Made by a program: the position numbers and the translations under genes
Source: Candidatus Nomurabacteria bacterium
Lineage (GTDB): Bacteria > Patescibacteriota > Minisyncoccia > Phycocordibacterales > UBA9973
Length of the DNA: 64,000 bases
Assembly: GCA_963842815.1 (NCBI GenBank)
Contig: CAWJHU010000003.1
Location: 27,683 to 91,682 of the forward strand
Direction: 5' to 3'
The notes under the pieces: model-generated
Database searches by the model: none
What the model was told of the DNA's origin: nothing
The model's input: only the letters and a program-made list of their open reading frames with translations
Part shown: piece after piece, positions 1-12,010 of the stretch
How positions within the stretch are numbered: the stretch's first letter is position 1
Layout of the letters: every line of letters begins with the position of its first letter

Positions 1-303
1 CATTACATCCGGTTTGAAAAGATTAAATTTTCCCAAAGCTTTATTTATAAAATAACGCAGCATTGCCTCCGTCACCCGATAGTCCGCAATGACTCCATCT
101 TTCATAGGACAGTAGGTAATGATGGAATCCGGTGTTTTTCCAATCATATCTTTGGCTTCAAAACCAATAGCTAAAATTTTGTTATCCTGTTCAGAAACCG
201 CCACCACAGAAGGTTCATTTAAAACTACTCCCTTGCCGGGCAAAAACACCAGAGTGTTTGCTGTCCCCAAATCTATGCCTAATTTTCTTGAAAAAATCCT
301 CAT
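1..303 (-). CDS. mreB: Rod shape-determining protein MreB (5' part, runs off the window)
   Basis: Manual translation [36 protein letters not shown] matches the MreB N-terminus; not in the ORF track. Confidence 0.95.
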   Translation of the reverse strand, partial: MRIFSRKLGIDLGTANTLVFLPGKGVVLNEPSVVAVSEQDNKILAIGFEAKDMIGKTPDSIITYCPMKDGVIADYRVTEAMLRYFINKALGKFNLFKPDVM

Positions 304-340
304 GAGCTAAATATATCACAAGTTATGCTAGAATTAAAAT

Positions 341-2293
341 ATGAAAATTGTGACAGTTATTCCCCTGGAAAAAGGAGCTTTCAAGCCGGACTTGACCTAT
401 TTTACTGCGAAAGATGTAAAAAATGGGAGCATAGTAAGCGTCCCCATACGCAATAAAAAAATTCTAGGCTTAGTTGTCTCCTGCCAGGACGTAACCAAGG
501 CCAAGTCCGGCATTAAAGACATGTCCTTCAAATTAAAAAAAATAATTGAAATTAAAAAGCACTCTATTTTTAGAAATGAATTTATAGAGTCCGCCCTTGA
601 ATTAAGTTCTTATTTTGTTTCTAAAAAAAATAGCGGAATCATTTCTTTTATTCCCGCCATCTTTAGGGAAAAATATGATGAGATAGAAAAATTTTCAAAT
701 GACAAAACAAACACGTCAGATTTTCTCTCGCCTGAAATTAAAACCGAAAAATTACTTTTCCAAACTTCTTTCGAAGACCGTATTTCCTATTACAAAACTT
801 TAATTCGCGGACAATTTGCCTTAAAAAAATCCGTTTTCATAGTATTACCCACAGAATATGACATAGAAATATTTTATCAGGCGCTTTCCAGGGGTGTAGA
901 AAATTTTACTTTTACAATGTACGGGGGGTTAAAACCTAAAAAAATCATTGAAAAATATGGACAAATAATAAATTCTTCCCATGGGGTATTGATTTTGGGA
1001 ACCTCTCAATTTTTATCTATTCCCCGTATGGACCTGGGAGCCATTATAGTAGAACACGAAAGCTCTAATGTTTACAAAATGTTTCCGAGACCGCATTTTG
1101 ATTCACGAATTTTTGCGGAACTTTTTGCTTCAAAAATCAATGCTAAATTTATATTGGGCGATACTTTATTGCGTTATGAAACCATCGCCAGAAAAGAAAT
1201 GGAAGGTCTAAGTGAAATTTATCCCATGTCTTTTAGAACAAATTTTAACGGGGTAAAAATAGATATCATAAATTCAAAAAAGGAAGAATCTCAAAGCTCA
1301 TCGAAAAAATCCTTTAAAATCTTGAGTGATGAAAGTGTTGAGGAAATAGGATATTCTTTAAAAAATAAAAAAAATGTATTTATTTTTTCGCTCAGAAAAG
1401 GATTGGCCACCTATACCGTATGTAAAGATTGCAATGAAACGGTAAATTGCGAGAAGTGTTTGGCTCCAGTGGTACTTTATTTTTCTCGGGACCGCAAAAA
1501 AAGAATGTTTGTCTGTAATAAATGTAATACTGAAAAAGACCCGGAAATTAAATGCGCCAATTGTGGCAGTTGGAATTTGGTGCCTTTGGGAATAGGCACG
1601 GATACGGTTTTTGAAGAGGTTAAAAAAGAATTTTCGAAAGTAAAAATTTTTAAATTAGATAAAGAATCAACGAAAACGGCAAAAGAAGCTGGGAAAATAA
1701 TTAAAGAATTTGAAAAAACACCAGGTTCTATATTAATAGGTACAGAAATGGTTTTTTTCTATTTAAAAGAAAAAGTTGACTTGTCCATCGTTGCTTCTTT
1801 TGACAGTCTTTGGACCATTCCGAATTTCAAGATGAGTGAAAAAATAATTCAAATATTGCTTTCCACTCTTTCTAAAACAGAGAAGAAACTCATTATTCAA
1901 ACAAAAAATGAAAATGATTCTGCGCTTTTGGCGGTTGAATCAAAAAATTTGCTTCCCTTTGTCCGGGAAGAATTGGAAGACAGAAAAAAACTGAATTATC
2001 CGCCCTATAAACGTTTTATCAAAATTACTTATTTAGGAAACAAGGAAGAATCAATTGAGGCAAAAAAAACACTGAGGGACCTTTTAAAAGATTATGCCCC
2101 TGAAATTTTTAACGGTTTCATCGCAAAAAATAAGAATCAATATGTAACAAATGCACTTTTAAAACTGGAACCGAAAAAATGGTCCTTACCTGAACTTTCC
2201 GCCAATTCTTCCATTGACCAAAATCTCTTTAATTTACTTTCCTCTCTTCCTCCTCCCTACGAAGTATCCGTGGACCCGGAAGATTTGCTGTAA
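341..2293 (+). CDS. priA: Primosomal protein N' (PriA) with degenerate helicase motifs
   Basis: N-terminal LTYF..GSIVSVP, four CxxC motifs, GIGTDTV, C-terminal YPPY and VSVDPEDLL. Confidence 0.9.
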   Translation: MKIVTVIPLEKGAFKPDLTYFTAKDVKNGSIVSVPIRNKKILGLVVSCQDVTKAKSGIKDMSFKLKKIIEIKKHSIFRNEFIESALELSSYFVSKKNSGIISFIPAIFREKYDEIEKFSNDKTNTSDFLSPEIKTEKLLFQTSFEDRISYYKTLIRGQFALKKSVFIVLPTEYDIEIFYQALSRGVENFTFTMYGGLKPKKIIEKYGQIINSSHGVLILGTSQFLSIPRMDLGAIIVEHESSNVYKMFPRPHFDSRIFAELFASKINAKFILGDTLLRYETIARKEMEGLSEIYPMSFRTNFNGVKIDIINSKKEESQSSSKKSFKILSDESVEEIGYSLKNKKNVFIFSLRKGLATYTVCKDCNETVNCEKCLAPVVLYFSRDRKKRMFVCNKCNTEKDPEIKCANCGSWNLVPLGIGTDTVFEEVKKEFSKVKIFKLDKESTKTAKEAGKIIKEFEKTPGSILIGTEMVFFYLKEKVDLSIVASFDSLWTIPNFKMSEKIIQILLSTLSKTEKKLIIQTKNENDSALLAVESKNLLPFVREELEDRKKLNYPPYKRFIKITYLGNKEESIEAKKTLRDLLKDYAPEIFNGFIAKNKNQYVTNALLKLEPKKWSLPELSANSSIDQNLFNLLSSLPPPYEVSVDPEDLL

Positions 2294-2357
2294 AAATGTA
2301 TTGATTGACATATCAAATATAAAGTCTATATTTAAGAAAAAAGGAAAGGAGTTCTTT

Positions 2358-2546
2358 ATGGAATATACTTACATTCCCTACTCTTGTATAGGGGAAATTC
2401 CGTTGGCTGATAGATTACCTATAGAATTTGAAGCTTTTTCGGATAAAGAAGCTCGGGGAAAAGCTGAAAAAATTAGCTCTCCAAAAGGTGGAAAACTTTT
2501 CAAAAAAATTGGAGAAATAAAGCCGGATGAATTTCAAAAAAAATAA
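2358..2546 (+). CDS. Orphan 62-aa protein (cassette 1)
   Basis: TTGACA(2305)-16-TATATT promoter, AAGGAG SD, ATG at 2358, own terminator. Confidence 0.6.
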   Translation: MEYTYIPYSCIGEIPLADRLPIEFEAFSDKEARGKAEKISSPKGGKLFKKIGEIKPDEFQKK

Positions 2547-2558
2547 TTTATCGAGCCT

Positions 2559-2597
2559 GGGGTGGATTTCAGATAATGAAATTCACCCCGTTTTTTT
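2559..2597 (+). terminator. Intrinsic terminator
   Basis: GGGGTGGATTTCA-GATAA-TGAAATTCACCCC then a T7 run. Confidence 0.85.
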
Positions 2598-3270
2598 AGG
2601 CTACCAATACCGTAAACTCCCCTTTTTGCTTAATGGGATTTTTTAATAGATAATCTAAAAGTTCAGTCGGCGAACCGGTTTTAAATTCTTCATAAATTTT
2701 GGTAATTTCACGGGCGATACAGACTTTTTTATTGGGACAAAATTTTATAAGCGATTCTAAGGTTTTTAAAATGCGGTGTGGGGATTCGTAAAATACCATA
2801 GTGCGTTTTGAGCCGGCAATTTCTTTAAATAAAGTTTCTCTGCCTTTTTTATGAGGAAGAAAACCAAGAAAAGTAAATTCATGCGTCGGCAAACCGGAAG
2901 CCGAAAGCGCGGAAATAACAGCCGAAGCACCGGGTATTGGGATTACATCTACGCCATGGCTGAGATGTGTTTTGATTTGAGAAATGAGCATTGCGCCCGG
3001 GTCGGAAATAGTCGGTGTGCCGGCATCCGAAACCAAAGCCAAATTTTTCCCTTCTTCTAGTAATTCAAAAATTTTATCTACTTTTGCTAACTTACTTTGA
3101 GTATGATAACTCATCGTCGGCGTATTTATATTATATTTCTGTAAAATCTTTTTTGTTTCTCTGGTATCTTCACACAATATTAAATCCACTTCTTTCAGCG
3201 TTTCAATGGCCCGAAGAGTGATATCTCCCATATTTCCTATTGGCGTTGCAACCACATAAAATTTTGACAT
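2596..3270 (-). CDS. rsmI: 16S rRNA C1402 2'-O-methyltransferase RsmI
   Basis: MSKFYVVATPIGNMGDIT, CEDTR, SDAGTP, FYESPHR; likely start 3270, just after the atpC stop. Confidence 0.95.
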   Translation of the reverse strand: MSKFYVVATPIGNMGDITLRAIETLKEVDLILCEDTRETKKILQKYNINTPTMSYHTQSKLAKVDKIFELLEEGKNLALVSDAGTPTISDPGAMLISQIKTHLSHGVDVIPIPGASAVISALSASGLPTHEFTFLGFLPHKKGRETLFKEIAGSKRTMVFYESPHRILKTLESLIKFCPNKKVCIAREITKIYEEFKTGSPTELLDYLLKNPIKQKGEFTVLVA

Positions 3271-3271
3271 T

Positions 3272-3718
3272 TTATTTACGATATTTTTTTGTCCTCCACT
3301 TGTCGGCAATTCGGACTTGAGTGAGTGAACGTTCCAGTTCTGCGGCAAAATGTTCATAGTCAACAACTTCTTTATTTTCCATTTGCTTTTTGAGCTCTTC
3401 GGCGCGAGTTTTGGCTTTTTCAATTTTCTCGTCCGTTAGTTCGGTAAGGTGTTCGGCAAAATCAGCTAAAACAGCCACGGTAGTGATTCCCTTTTCATCT
3501 TGTTTCACTTCTATAAATCCTCCAACGACAGCCATGGGCACATATTCGCCATTTACCAGAGCCACAATATCTCCGGATGCAAGAGAGGTTATGAGCGGAA
3601 TATGTTCCGGTAAAACCGTAATTTCACCCAGGGTGGTCGGCAGGCTGACCTGGTCCACCATTTCTTCCAGAACTAATTTTTCCGGTGTTATTATTTTTAA
3701 TTTCAGTTGTTTTGTCAT
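3272..3718 (-). CDS. atpC: ATP synthase epsilon subunit
   Basis: LKIITPEK..GEITVLPEHIPL..GGFIEV; operon position. Confidence 0.95.
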   Translation of the reverse strand: MTKQLKLKIITPEKLVLEEMVDQVSLPTTLGEITVLPEHIPLITSLASGDIVALVNGEYVPMAVVGGFIEVKQDEKGITTVAVLADFAEHLTELTDEKIEKAKTRAEELKKQMENKEVVDYEHFAAELERSLTQVRIADKWRTKKYRK

Positions 3719-3721
3719 ATT

Positions 3722-5098
<1,377 letters not shown>

Positions 5099-5109
5099 TT
5101 ATAATAATT

Positions 5110-6030
5110 TTAATTAACACTTGCCATGCCTGCGCTTATTTCCGATATCTCTCTGGTAATGTTGCTCTGGCGAGCTTTATTAAACACTAAAGTCAAATCC
5201 TCTATCATTTCTCCGGCCGCTTCGGAAGCATTTTTCATGGCTACCATTCGGGAAGATTGTTCAGAAGCATTTGATTCAAGAAACATCTGATATATTTGCA
5301 TCCTAATTATTTTTTCCGCCAGCGATTTTATCAATATTTCTTTGTTTCCTTCAAATAAATAATCCGTGACTTTTTCTATTTTATTTCCTTTATTTTTAAA
5401 ATCTTCTCCAAGCGTATCAATTAGTTCTTTCAATTCTGTTCTAGAAACCGGGATGACTTGCTTGATATTCGGTTTTTGAGAAAGGGCGGAAATAAAATCA
5501 GTGTAGGCGACTAAAACTTTATCATAGTGACCAAGATTGTATTCGTTTATCGCCAATTCCGAGATTGGTATAATGTCCGAAAGAGAAACATTATTAGGAA
5601 GTTCAAAAAAACTGGCAATAATATTTCTGCCAATGCGACGCATCATAGTATCTCCTTTTTTGCCCACAGTAACCAGGTCTATTTTTATATTATTGCTTTC
5701 ATCCCGAAGCATTGCTGCTGCCTTTTTTATGATTTGCGTATTATAGGCTCCGCAAAGTCCGCGGTTGGAAGAAATGAGAATAAGCAAAACATTTTTCTGC
5801 TCTTTTTTTTCTTTGACCCGTTCCACAAAGAGCGGATGAGTTATTTTTTCCGTATCTTTCGCAATAGAAGTCAAAACCTCCCAAGAATATTCGGCGTATA
5901 ATCGCGAAGCCAAAGTAGAAGACACCGCTCTTTTCATTTTTGAGGCAGCCACAAACTCCATCGCCTTAGTGATTTTCTTGGTGCTTTTGACCGATTTTAT
6001 TCGTCTTTTAATTTCCTTGGTGCTGGCCAT
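5110..6030 (-). CDS. atpG: ATP synthase gamma subunit
   Basis: KITKAME, RGLCGAYN, RMVAMKNASE, RQSNITREI. Confidence 0.98.
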   Translation of the reverse strand: MASTKEIKRRIKSVKSTKKITKAMEFVAASKMKRAVSSTLASRLYAEYSWEVLTSIAKDTEKITHPLFVERVKEKKEQKNVLLILISSNRGLCGAYNTQIIKKAAAMLRDESNNIKIDLVTVGKKGDTMMRRIGRNIIASFFELPNNVSLSDIIPISELAINEYNLGHYDKVLVAYTDFISALSQKPNIKQVIPVSRTELKELIDTLGEDFKNKGNKIEKVTDYLFEGNKEILIKSLAEKIIRMQIYQMFLESNASEQSSRMVAMKNASEAAGEMIEDLTLVFNKARQSNITREISEISAGMASVN

Positions 6031-6032
6031 AT

Positions 6033-7537
6033 TTAATTAAAATTATTCTTAAATTCTTCAATCGCCTTTTTTAATTCCTCTTCATCTTTTATCTGTCCAC
6101 AATTTCGGTTTCAACAACTTCTTTGTAAAACTTTTTAGCGTTATTTTCCGTATAATTTACTAAACCTTCTTCAAATTCTTTTATTTTATCTACCGCTACA
6201 TCATCCATATAGCCTTTGACAGTGCATAAAGTACCACAACTTGACGTTCTACTGCCATCGGCGCATATTGCGCTTGTTTTAACACTTCTACTGAACTTTT
6301 ACCACGTTCAAGTTGTTGCTTGGTGGCATTATCCAAGATCGGAACCAAATTGTGAAAAAGCTTCAAGTTCGCGGTACTGCGCCAAGTCAAGTTTAAGAGT
6401 TCCTGCCACTTTTTTCATGGCTTTAATCTGCGCCGTGGAACCGACACGAGACACAGAAAGGCCAACATTCACGGCCGGACGAATACCTTTATAAAAAAGA
6501 TCGGTTTCCAAGAAAAATTTGTCCATCCGTAATGGAAATAACATTTGTTGGAATATAGGCGGTTACATCTCCGGCTTGGGTTTCCACTATGGGCAGAGCG
6601 GTAATGGAACCGCCGCCGTATTCTTTATTTCTTCGGCAAGCGCGTTCAAGCAAGCGAGAATGCAAATAAAAAACATCTCCGGGATATGCTTCACGGCCCG
6701 GCGGACGTCGAAGCAGAAGAGAAATTTCGCGATAAGCGACAGCGTGTTTGGAAAGATCATCATAAATAATTAAAACATCTTTCCCTTGGTCCATAAAATA
6801 TTCGGCAATGGAAACTCCGGTATAGGGAGCAATGTAGGAAAGCGGGGCAGGTTCCGAAGCACCAGCAGAAACAATAACCGTGTAGGCCATCGCTCCGCCT
6901 TTTTCTAAACGGGTTTGAATTTTGCGAAGCTTGGAATCTTTTTGGCCGATTGAAACATAAACACAAATCATATTTTGGCCTTTTTGGTTTAAAATGGTAT
7001 CTATGGCAATGGCGGTTTTTCCGGTTTGACGGTCGCCGATGATAAGTTCGCGCTGTCCGCGACCGATGGGAATAATGGCATCAATAACTTTAATGCCGGT
7101 TGCCACCGGTTTGTCTACATACAGACGAGTAATTACTCCCGGCGCCACTTTTTCAATGGGATAAGTTTTGTCCGCCTTAATGGCTCCCTTGCCGTCAATT
7201 GCCACTCCCAAAGCATTTACAACTCTTCCTATAATATTGTCTGAAACCGGCACTTCCAGAATTTTTCCAGTTGCTTTAACTTCATCCCCTTCTTTAATTT
7301 TTGAAAAATCGTCAAGGATAATAACACCCACGGTATCTTCTTCCAAATTGAGAGCCACGCCTGTTTCTCCGTTTGGGAAAAGTTACCATTTCGGACGATT
7401 TTATATCGGACAAGTCCGGAAATTTTCGCGATACCGTCAAAAACTTCCAAAACATGACCAATTTTTTCAGCCTTTATTTTGAATGAGAAATTATCTATTT
7501 CTTTTTTTAAATTTTCTACAATATGGTTCGTACTCAT
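6033..7537 (-). CDS. atpA: ATP synthase alpha subunit, split by several indels (probable sequencing errors)
   Basis: Fragments contain [32 protein letters not shown] and [16 protein letters not shown]. Confidence 0.95.
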
Positions 7538-7945
7538 ATTTTTCTTATTAAATATTCTTGTAATTTTTTAATTTTATTTTTTACCGTTAAATCTATAATT
7601 TCATCATTCACTTCTATCCTTATTCCTCCCAATAATTTTTCATTCCAGCATTTCCATTAAAACAACTTCTTTGGCTTTATAATGTTTTTTTAGAAACAAG
7701 GTAAGTTCTTTTTTTGATTCTTCTTTTAATTTTTTTACACTCAAAACTTTCGCCACGATTCTTTCATTTTCATAATTGATTATCTTGCTTAATTGTTTTA
7801 ATATCTCTTTTGATTTTGACAATAATCGTCTGCGGGCAAGAAATTTCACTACCTTTTTATCTGTTTCCTGCAGTTCCACGCCTGTTTTATCTTTGGAAAC
7901 CAGGTAAATTGCGCGGACTATGTCGTTGTTTGATAAAGTGGCCAT
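7534..7945 (-). CDS. atpH: ATP synthase delta subunit, one indel near 7643
   Basis: Continues in another frame as EKLLGGIRIEVNDEIIDLTVK; lies between atpF and atpA. Confidence 0.85.
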
Positions 7946-7947
7946 TT

Positions 7948-8439
7948 TTATATATTATTTAACTCTTCCATCGTTTTTTCCTCAAAAGTTCCGTCTATTT
8001 TTTTACCCAGTATTTTTTCCGCTATCTTCACAGAGAGAGCGGTAATTTCAGTCTTCGCCTCCTCTACCATTTTTATTTTTTCATTTTCAAGATTTTTCTT
8101 GCCGCTTTCAATCATCACTGCCACTTCTTCTTTGGCTTTTTCCAACATTAAAACTTTTTTGGCTTCGGCTTCTTTTTTCCCCTCCTGGAATATTTTATCG
8201 GCTTCTTTGCGGGCTTTTGCCATAGCCTCTTCATACTGGGCTTTTGTGTTATTTAAAATTTCGGCATTTGACTTGGCATCATTTACTCCTTTTTCTATTT
8301 TTTCTCCGCGTTCTTTCATTATTTTAGCCAAAGGTCTGATGGCATACAAATATAAAACCGTAAAAACAATCGCAAAATTTATAATTTGAGCGATAATAAT
8401 TTTAAAATCTATGTGAAATGTATTGATGATTGAGTCCAT
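7948..8439 (-). CDS. atpF: ATP synthase b subunit
   Basis: IAQIINFAI TM segment followed by a long charged helix. Confidence 0.95.
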   Translation of the reverse strand: MDSIINTFHIDFKIIIAQIINFAIVFTVLYLYAIRPLAKIMKERGEKIEKGVNDAKSNAEILNNTKAQYEEAMAKARKEADKIFQEGKKEAEAKKVLMLEKAKEEVAVMIESGKKNLENEKIKMVEEAKTEITALSVKIAEKILGKKIDGTFEEKTMEELNNI

Positions 8440-8445
8440 AAAAAA

Positions 8446-8507
8446 CTAGCAAGCTAGGTGCTAGTGGCTAGGTTCTAGCATGCTAAAACCTAGAAACTAG
8501 AACCTAA
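8446..8507. repeat. CTAG-cored 7-8 bp tandem repeat tract between atpE and atpF
   Basis: CTAG/CTAA at 8446, 8454, 8461, 8468, 8475, 8483, 8490, 8497, 8504. Confidence 0.8.
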
Positions 8508-8508
8508 T

Positions 8509-8733
<225 letters not shown>

Positions 8734-9633
8734 TTAATTATTAATAATAACGACCTCACTTTTTTCTTCGTGCCTATGTTCATCATGGTCTTCATCGTGG
8801 TCCGAAGCCCCAATGGTGAAATAAACAACAAGTAAAATTGAAAAAATAAGCGCCTGAATGACCCCCACAAGTATTTCCAAGAAGATAAATGGTATTGGAA
8901 TAACATAGGCCATCAGGGCCGCGATGGAAGCCAAAAGAACTTCTCCGGCGAAGACATTGCCGAAAAGACGGAAAGAAAGCGAAGCAATTTTCGCAAATTC
9001 GCCGATGATTTCAATTAATCCTACAAAGAACGTTACCGGAGCCACAAGGATGACCGTCGGGTCTTTTTTTATCTTTTTCCCTATTTCTCCAAGCACTTTC
9101 AGATTAACATATTTATTGAAAGTTTTCCATATGCCTATTGAAAAAACTCCGAAAAAATTTGCGCCCAAAACAGCCATAATGGCAAGTCCCAATGTCGTAT
9201 TTATATCGGCTGTGCCCCCCCGAAGAAATGGAACAAAAGAAAGCCCCTCTTTGCTTTTTTCCAAAATTCCAAATCCGCCCAATGGAATCAATCCCAGCCA
9301 ATTGTTTACCAGAATAAAAAAGAAAACAGAGATGGCAATTGGAAAAATTTTTATGGAAAGAGCCCGGTCGTTTGTAACTTGGTCGCACAGAGAAAGCGCG
9401 CCTTCAATAATAATTTCAAAAAGATTTTGAATACCCCGAGGAATCTCACGAAGTTTGGAACGAAGAATCAGCGCCATTATGACGATGATGATAACAGCGC
9501 CCCAGCTGGTAAAAAGAGCATTGGTAATTGTAAAATTTTTATTTTGATATATGGGTTCGGCAAAAAGTGTTGTCTCGTGCAATATTTGCTGTTGTCCTGT
9601 TTGTTGTGTTGTTGTATTTCCCTGTTGTTCCAT
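8734..9633 (-). CDS. atpB: ATP synthase a subunit
   Basis: SLSFRLFGNVFAGE, IQALIF. Confidence 0.97.
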   Translation of the reverse strand: MEQQGNTTTQQTGQQQILHETTLFAEPIYQNKNFTITNALFTSWGAVIIIVIMALILRSKLREIPRGIQNLFEIIIEGALSLCDQVTNDRALSIKIFPIAISVFFFILVNNWLGLIPLGGFGILEKSKEGLSFVPFLRGGTADINTTLGLAIMAVLGANFFGVFSIGIWKTFNKYVNLKVLGEIGKKIKKDPTVILVAPVTFFVGLIEIIGEFAKIASLSFRLFGNVFAGEVLLASIAALMAYVIPIPFIFLEILVGVIQALIFSILLVVYFTIGASDHDEDHDEHRHEEKSEVVIINN

Positions 9634-9636
9634 AAA

Positions 9637-9897
9637 TTATTTTTTATTTTGGTCTTCTTCTCTTTTTAACTTGGCGGCATACTTTTTTACGGCTTTTACA
9701 ATGCCATAGGACGAAATTAAAAAAGCCACGGCAGCCAGTCCTATAAGCATCCAAGGAGCTGTACCATAACGCCTATCAAGGGCCTTGCCCCCTATGGCCG
9801 CCAATATTACTGGCGCCGCAATCCAAGTTGAAATCTCACTGAAAACTTCCAGCGCCGGTACCCATAATACTTTATCGTTTTTCTTGTTTTTCTCCAT
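9637..9897 (-). CDS. AtpZ/AtpI-family membrane protein
   Basis: GKALDRRYGTAPW with two TM segments; first gene of the atp operon. Confidence 0.8.
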   Translation of the reverse strand: MEKNKKNDKVLWVPALEVFSEISTWIAAPVILAAIGGKALDRRYGTAPWMLIGLAAVAFLISSYGIVKAVKKYAAKLKREEDQNKK

Positions 9898-9936
9898 AAC
9901 AACAAACGAATCCCCGTTATTCATCTGGGATTCATG

Positions 9937-10008
9937 TGGGCGTGGTAGGAATCGGACCTACGGCCTCTGTCTTATCAGGACAGCGTTCTACCACTGAACT
10001 ACACGCCC
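9937..10008 (-). tRNA. tRNA-Ile(GAT)
   Basis: Cloverleaf GGGCGTG..CACGCCC-A; anticodon arm CTGTC-CTGATAA-GACAG. Confidence 0.95.
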
Positions 10009-10061
10009 GAAATCTACACGACCCAATAAAAATATAACAAAAAAAAATATTTTACGCAAAT

Positions 10062-10086
10062 AAAAATCGCCCAATGGGCGATTTTT
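10062..10086. terminator. Intrinsic terminator after the RRM gene
   Basis: AAAAATCGCCCA-A-TGGGCGATTTTT. Confidence 0.8.
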
Positions 10087-10106
10087 ATTTTTAAGAATCT
10101 AAAAAA

Positions 10107-10448
10107 TTAGTATTCTCGGCGTCCACCGCGATTTCCACCGCCGTAACCGCCATTGCCTCCGCCGTATCCGCCGTTACCTCCTGTGCGAGGTGGTCTTGCT
10201 TCCATTGGGCGAGCCTCATTGACTGTGAGTTTTCGTCCTTCAAATTCTTGGTCATTGAACATCGAGATAGCATTGGCTGCTTCCTCGGCTGTGGACATTT
10301 CCACGAATCCAAAACCTTTTGAGCGACCGGACATTTTGTCCATGATAATCACAGCTGATGCAACGTTGCCAGCTTGTGCGAAGAGGTCTTTTAGGGCATC
10401 TTCTTGAACACTGTAAGGGAGTCCCCCTACATATAGCTTTGTAGCCAT
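10107..10448 (-). CDS. RRM RNA-binding protein with Gly-rich tail
   Basis: RNP2 LYVGGL, RNP1 KGFGFVEM, LTVNEARP. Confidence 0.95.
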   Translation of the reverse strand: MATKLYVGGLPYSVQEDALKDLFAQAGNVASAVIIMDKMSGRSKGFGFVEMSTAEEAANAISMFNDQEFEGRKLTVNEARPMEARPPRTGGNGGYGGGNGGYGGGNRGGRREY

Positions 10449-10671
10449 ATTCTTTCTTCTCTCATTTTTTAAAAACGAGCAAAAAATTATTATAATGCGT
10501 AGATACTCTTGTCGCTCAATGATCTCTTTGATGCAAAAACTTAATCAAAACTCACAATTAAAACAAAAAAGCTCTTGGAGAAACTACTTGTAAAGCATAC
10601 CACAAAGTAAATAAAAAGCAAAAGAAAAATCCGCCTTGGTAGTTGGATTTTCCCAACCCACTATAAGCGGA

Positions 10672-10905
10672 TTATTTTTTTTCTTCACCTTCTTTTTCAA
10701 TGACCTTGGTTGACATTGAGCCAGCAATAAAGCCAGCAACAACAAGACCAAGACCTGCCAAAGTAACAATTTGTTCAACATTCTTAGCACCCTTTAATGT
10801 ATTTTGTGCTAAGTTGATGGTTTTAATTGTTTCGTCGGCAATCTTTTGAGCTTTTTTTTCAAGCTCAGGATCAAAGAAGAAACCACGAATATATTTCTGA
10901 AACAT
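10672..10905 (-). CDS. Orphan 77-aa protein with one TM segment (cassette 2)
   Basis: TTGACT(11013)-17-TTTACT, GGAGG SD, hairpin terminator 10621-10673. Confidence 0.65.
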   Translation of the reverse strand: MFQKYIRGFFFDPELEKKAQKIADETIKTINLAQNTLKGAKNVEQIVTLAGLGLVVAGFIAGSMSTKVIEKEGEEKK

Positions 10906-11042
10906 AGAACCTCCAATAATTTATGATTGATGATTATTTTAGTTCTTTCTACTCATTACAATGTACAACTTTTATATTGCACAAAGTAAAGCATATATGA
11001 ATATAAAAGTCAATAGCTGTATTAGGCTGCAAAATGAGGCTT

Positions 11043-12005
11043 TTATTCCTCCTCATCACCCGTCTCTCCAGATTGCAAAGCCTCAATAATTTCTTCTATA
11101 TAACCAGTCATTATCTTTGGCAGATTGTGCCAGGATTTTTTGATGCGATGGTCCGTCACGCGGTCTTGGGAAAAATTATAGGTGCGGATTTTTTCAGAGC
11201 GGTCACCGGTACCTATTTGGTCTTTGCGGGTCCCCGCATATTTTTTCGCTTCTTCTTCTTCTTTTAGTTGCTGGAGTTTGGCCGTTAAAATCATCAACGC
11301 TTTTTCTCGGTTGGCAAGTTGGCTTCGTTCATTGGTGGAACGCACATCAAGGCCTGTGGGTTTATGAATAAGCCGAACAGCAGTCTCCACTTTATTTACA
11401 TTTTGTCCGCCCTTTCCGCCAGAACGCGAATATTCCATTTCTATATCGGCAGGGTTAATTTCAAATAAAACTTTTTTGCGAATCGGAAGCACAGCCACCG
11501 ATGCCGTGGAAGTATGCACCCTGCCATTTTTTTCCGTCGCCGGGATTCTTTGCACCCTATGCACCCCCGTCTCATAACGCATTATTTTGTAAACATCTTT
11601 GCCTTTTATTTCAAAACTGGCTTCTTTGTAGCCACCCAGTTCACTTTTGGATTCATAATTTGTTTTCCATTGCCAACCTTTTAGCACAGAAAACAATTCA
11701 TACATATGCGCCAACTCCCAGGCAAAAAGCGAAGCCTCGTCGCCTCCGGCGCCTGCTCGTATTTCAAGCACTATTTCATTTGCCATTTCTTCTTCCTCTA
11801 TATCCTTATCTAAAATATCTTGAATTTGTTTTTCTGTGGTTTCCTTTTGCTCTTGAATGGATTTCAATTCTCCTTCCACCATTTCTTTCAAAGTAATATC
11901 TTTTGCCAGCATTTCCCTTACTTCTATTTCTTCTTTATTCAGGCGCTCTAAAACACCCGCCAGATAGCTTGTATTGTGATTTTTTTTAAGTTCGTCTAGA
12001 TTCAT
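11043..12005 (-). CDS. prfA: Peptide chain release factor 1
   Basis: GGQ motif, PAT recognition loop (RVQRIPATE), RTYNF. Confidence 0.96.
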   Translation of the reverse strand: MNLDELKKNHNTSYLAGVLERLNKEEIEVREMLAKDITLKEMVEGELKSIQEQKETTEKQIQDILDKDIEEEEMANEIVLEIRAGAGGDEASLFAWELAHMYELFSVLKGWQWKTNYESKSELGGYKEASFEIKGKDVYKIMRYETGVHRVQRIPATEKNGRVHTSTASVAVLPIRKKVLFEINPADIEMEYSRSGGKGGQNVNKVETAVRLIHKPTGLDVRSTNERSQLANREKALMILTAKLQQLKEEEEAKKYAGTRKDQIGTGDRSEKIRTYNFSQDRVTDHRIKKSWHNLPKIMTGYIEEIIEALQSGETGDEEE

Positions 12006-12010
12006 AAAAT

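Noticed and set aside
2596-3423. Long N-terminal extensions in the ORF track for rsmI, ftsZ, prsW, leuS and the methyltransferase
   Set aside because: These come from upstream alternative starts, mostly overlapping neighbouring genes; family-typical N-termini begin at downstream ATGs.
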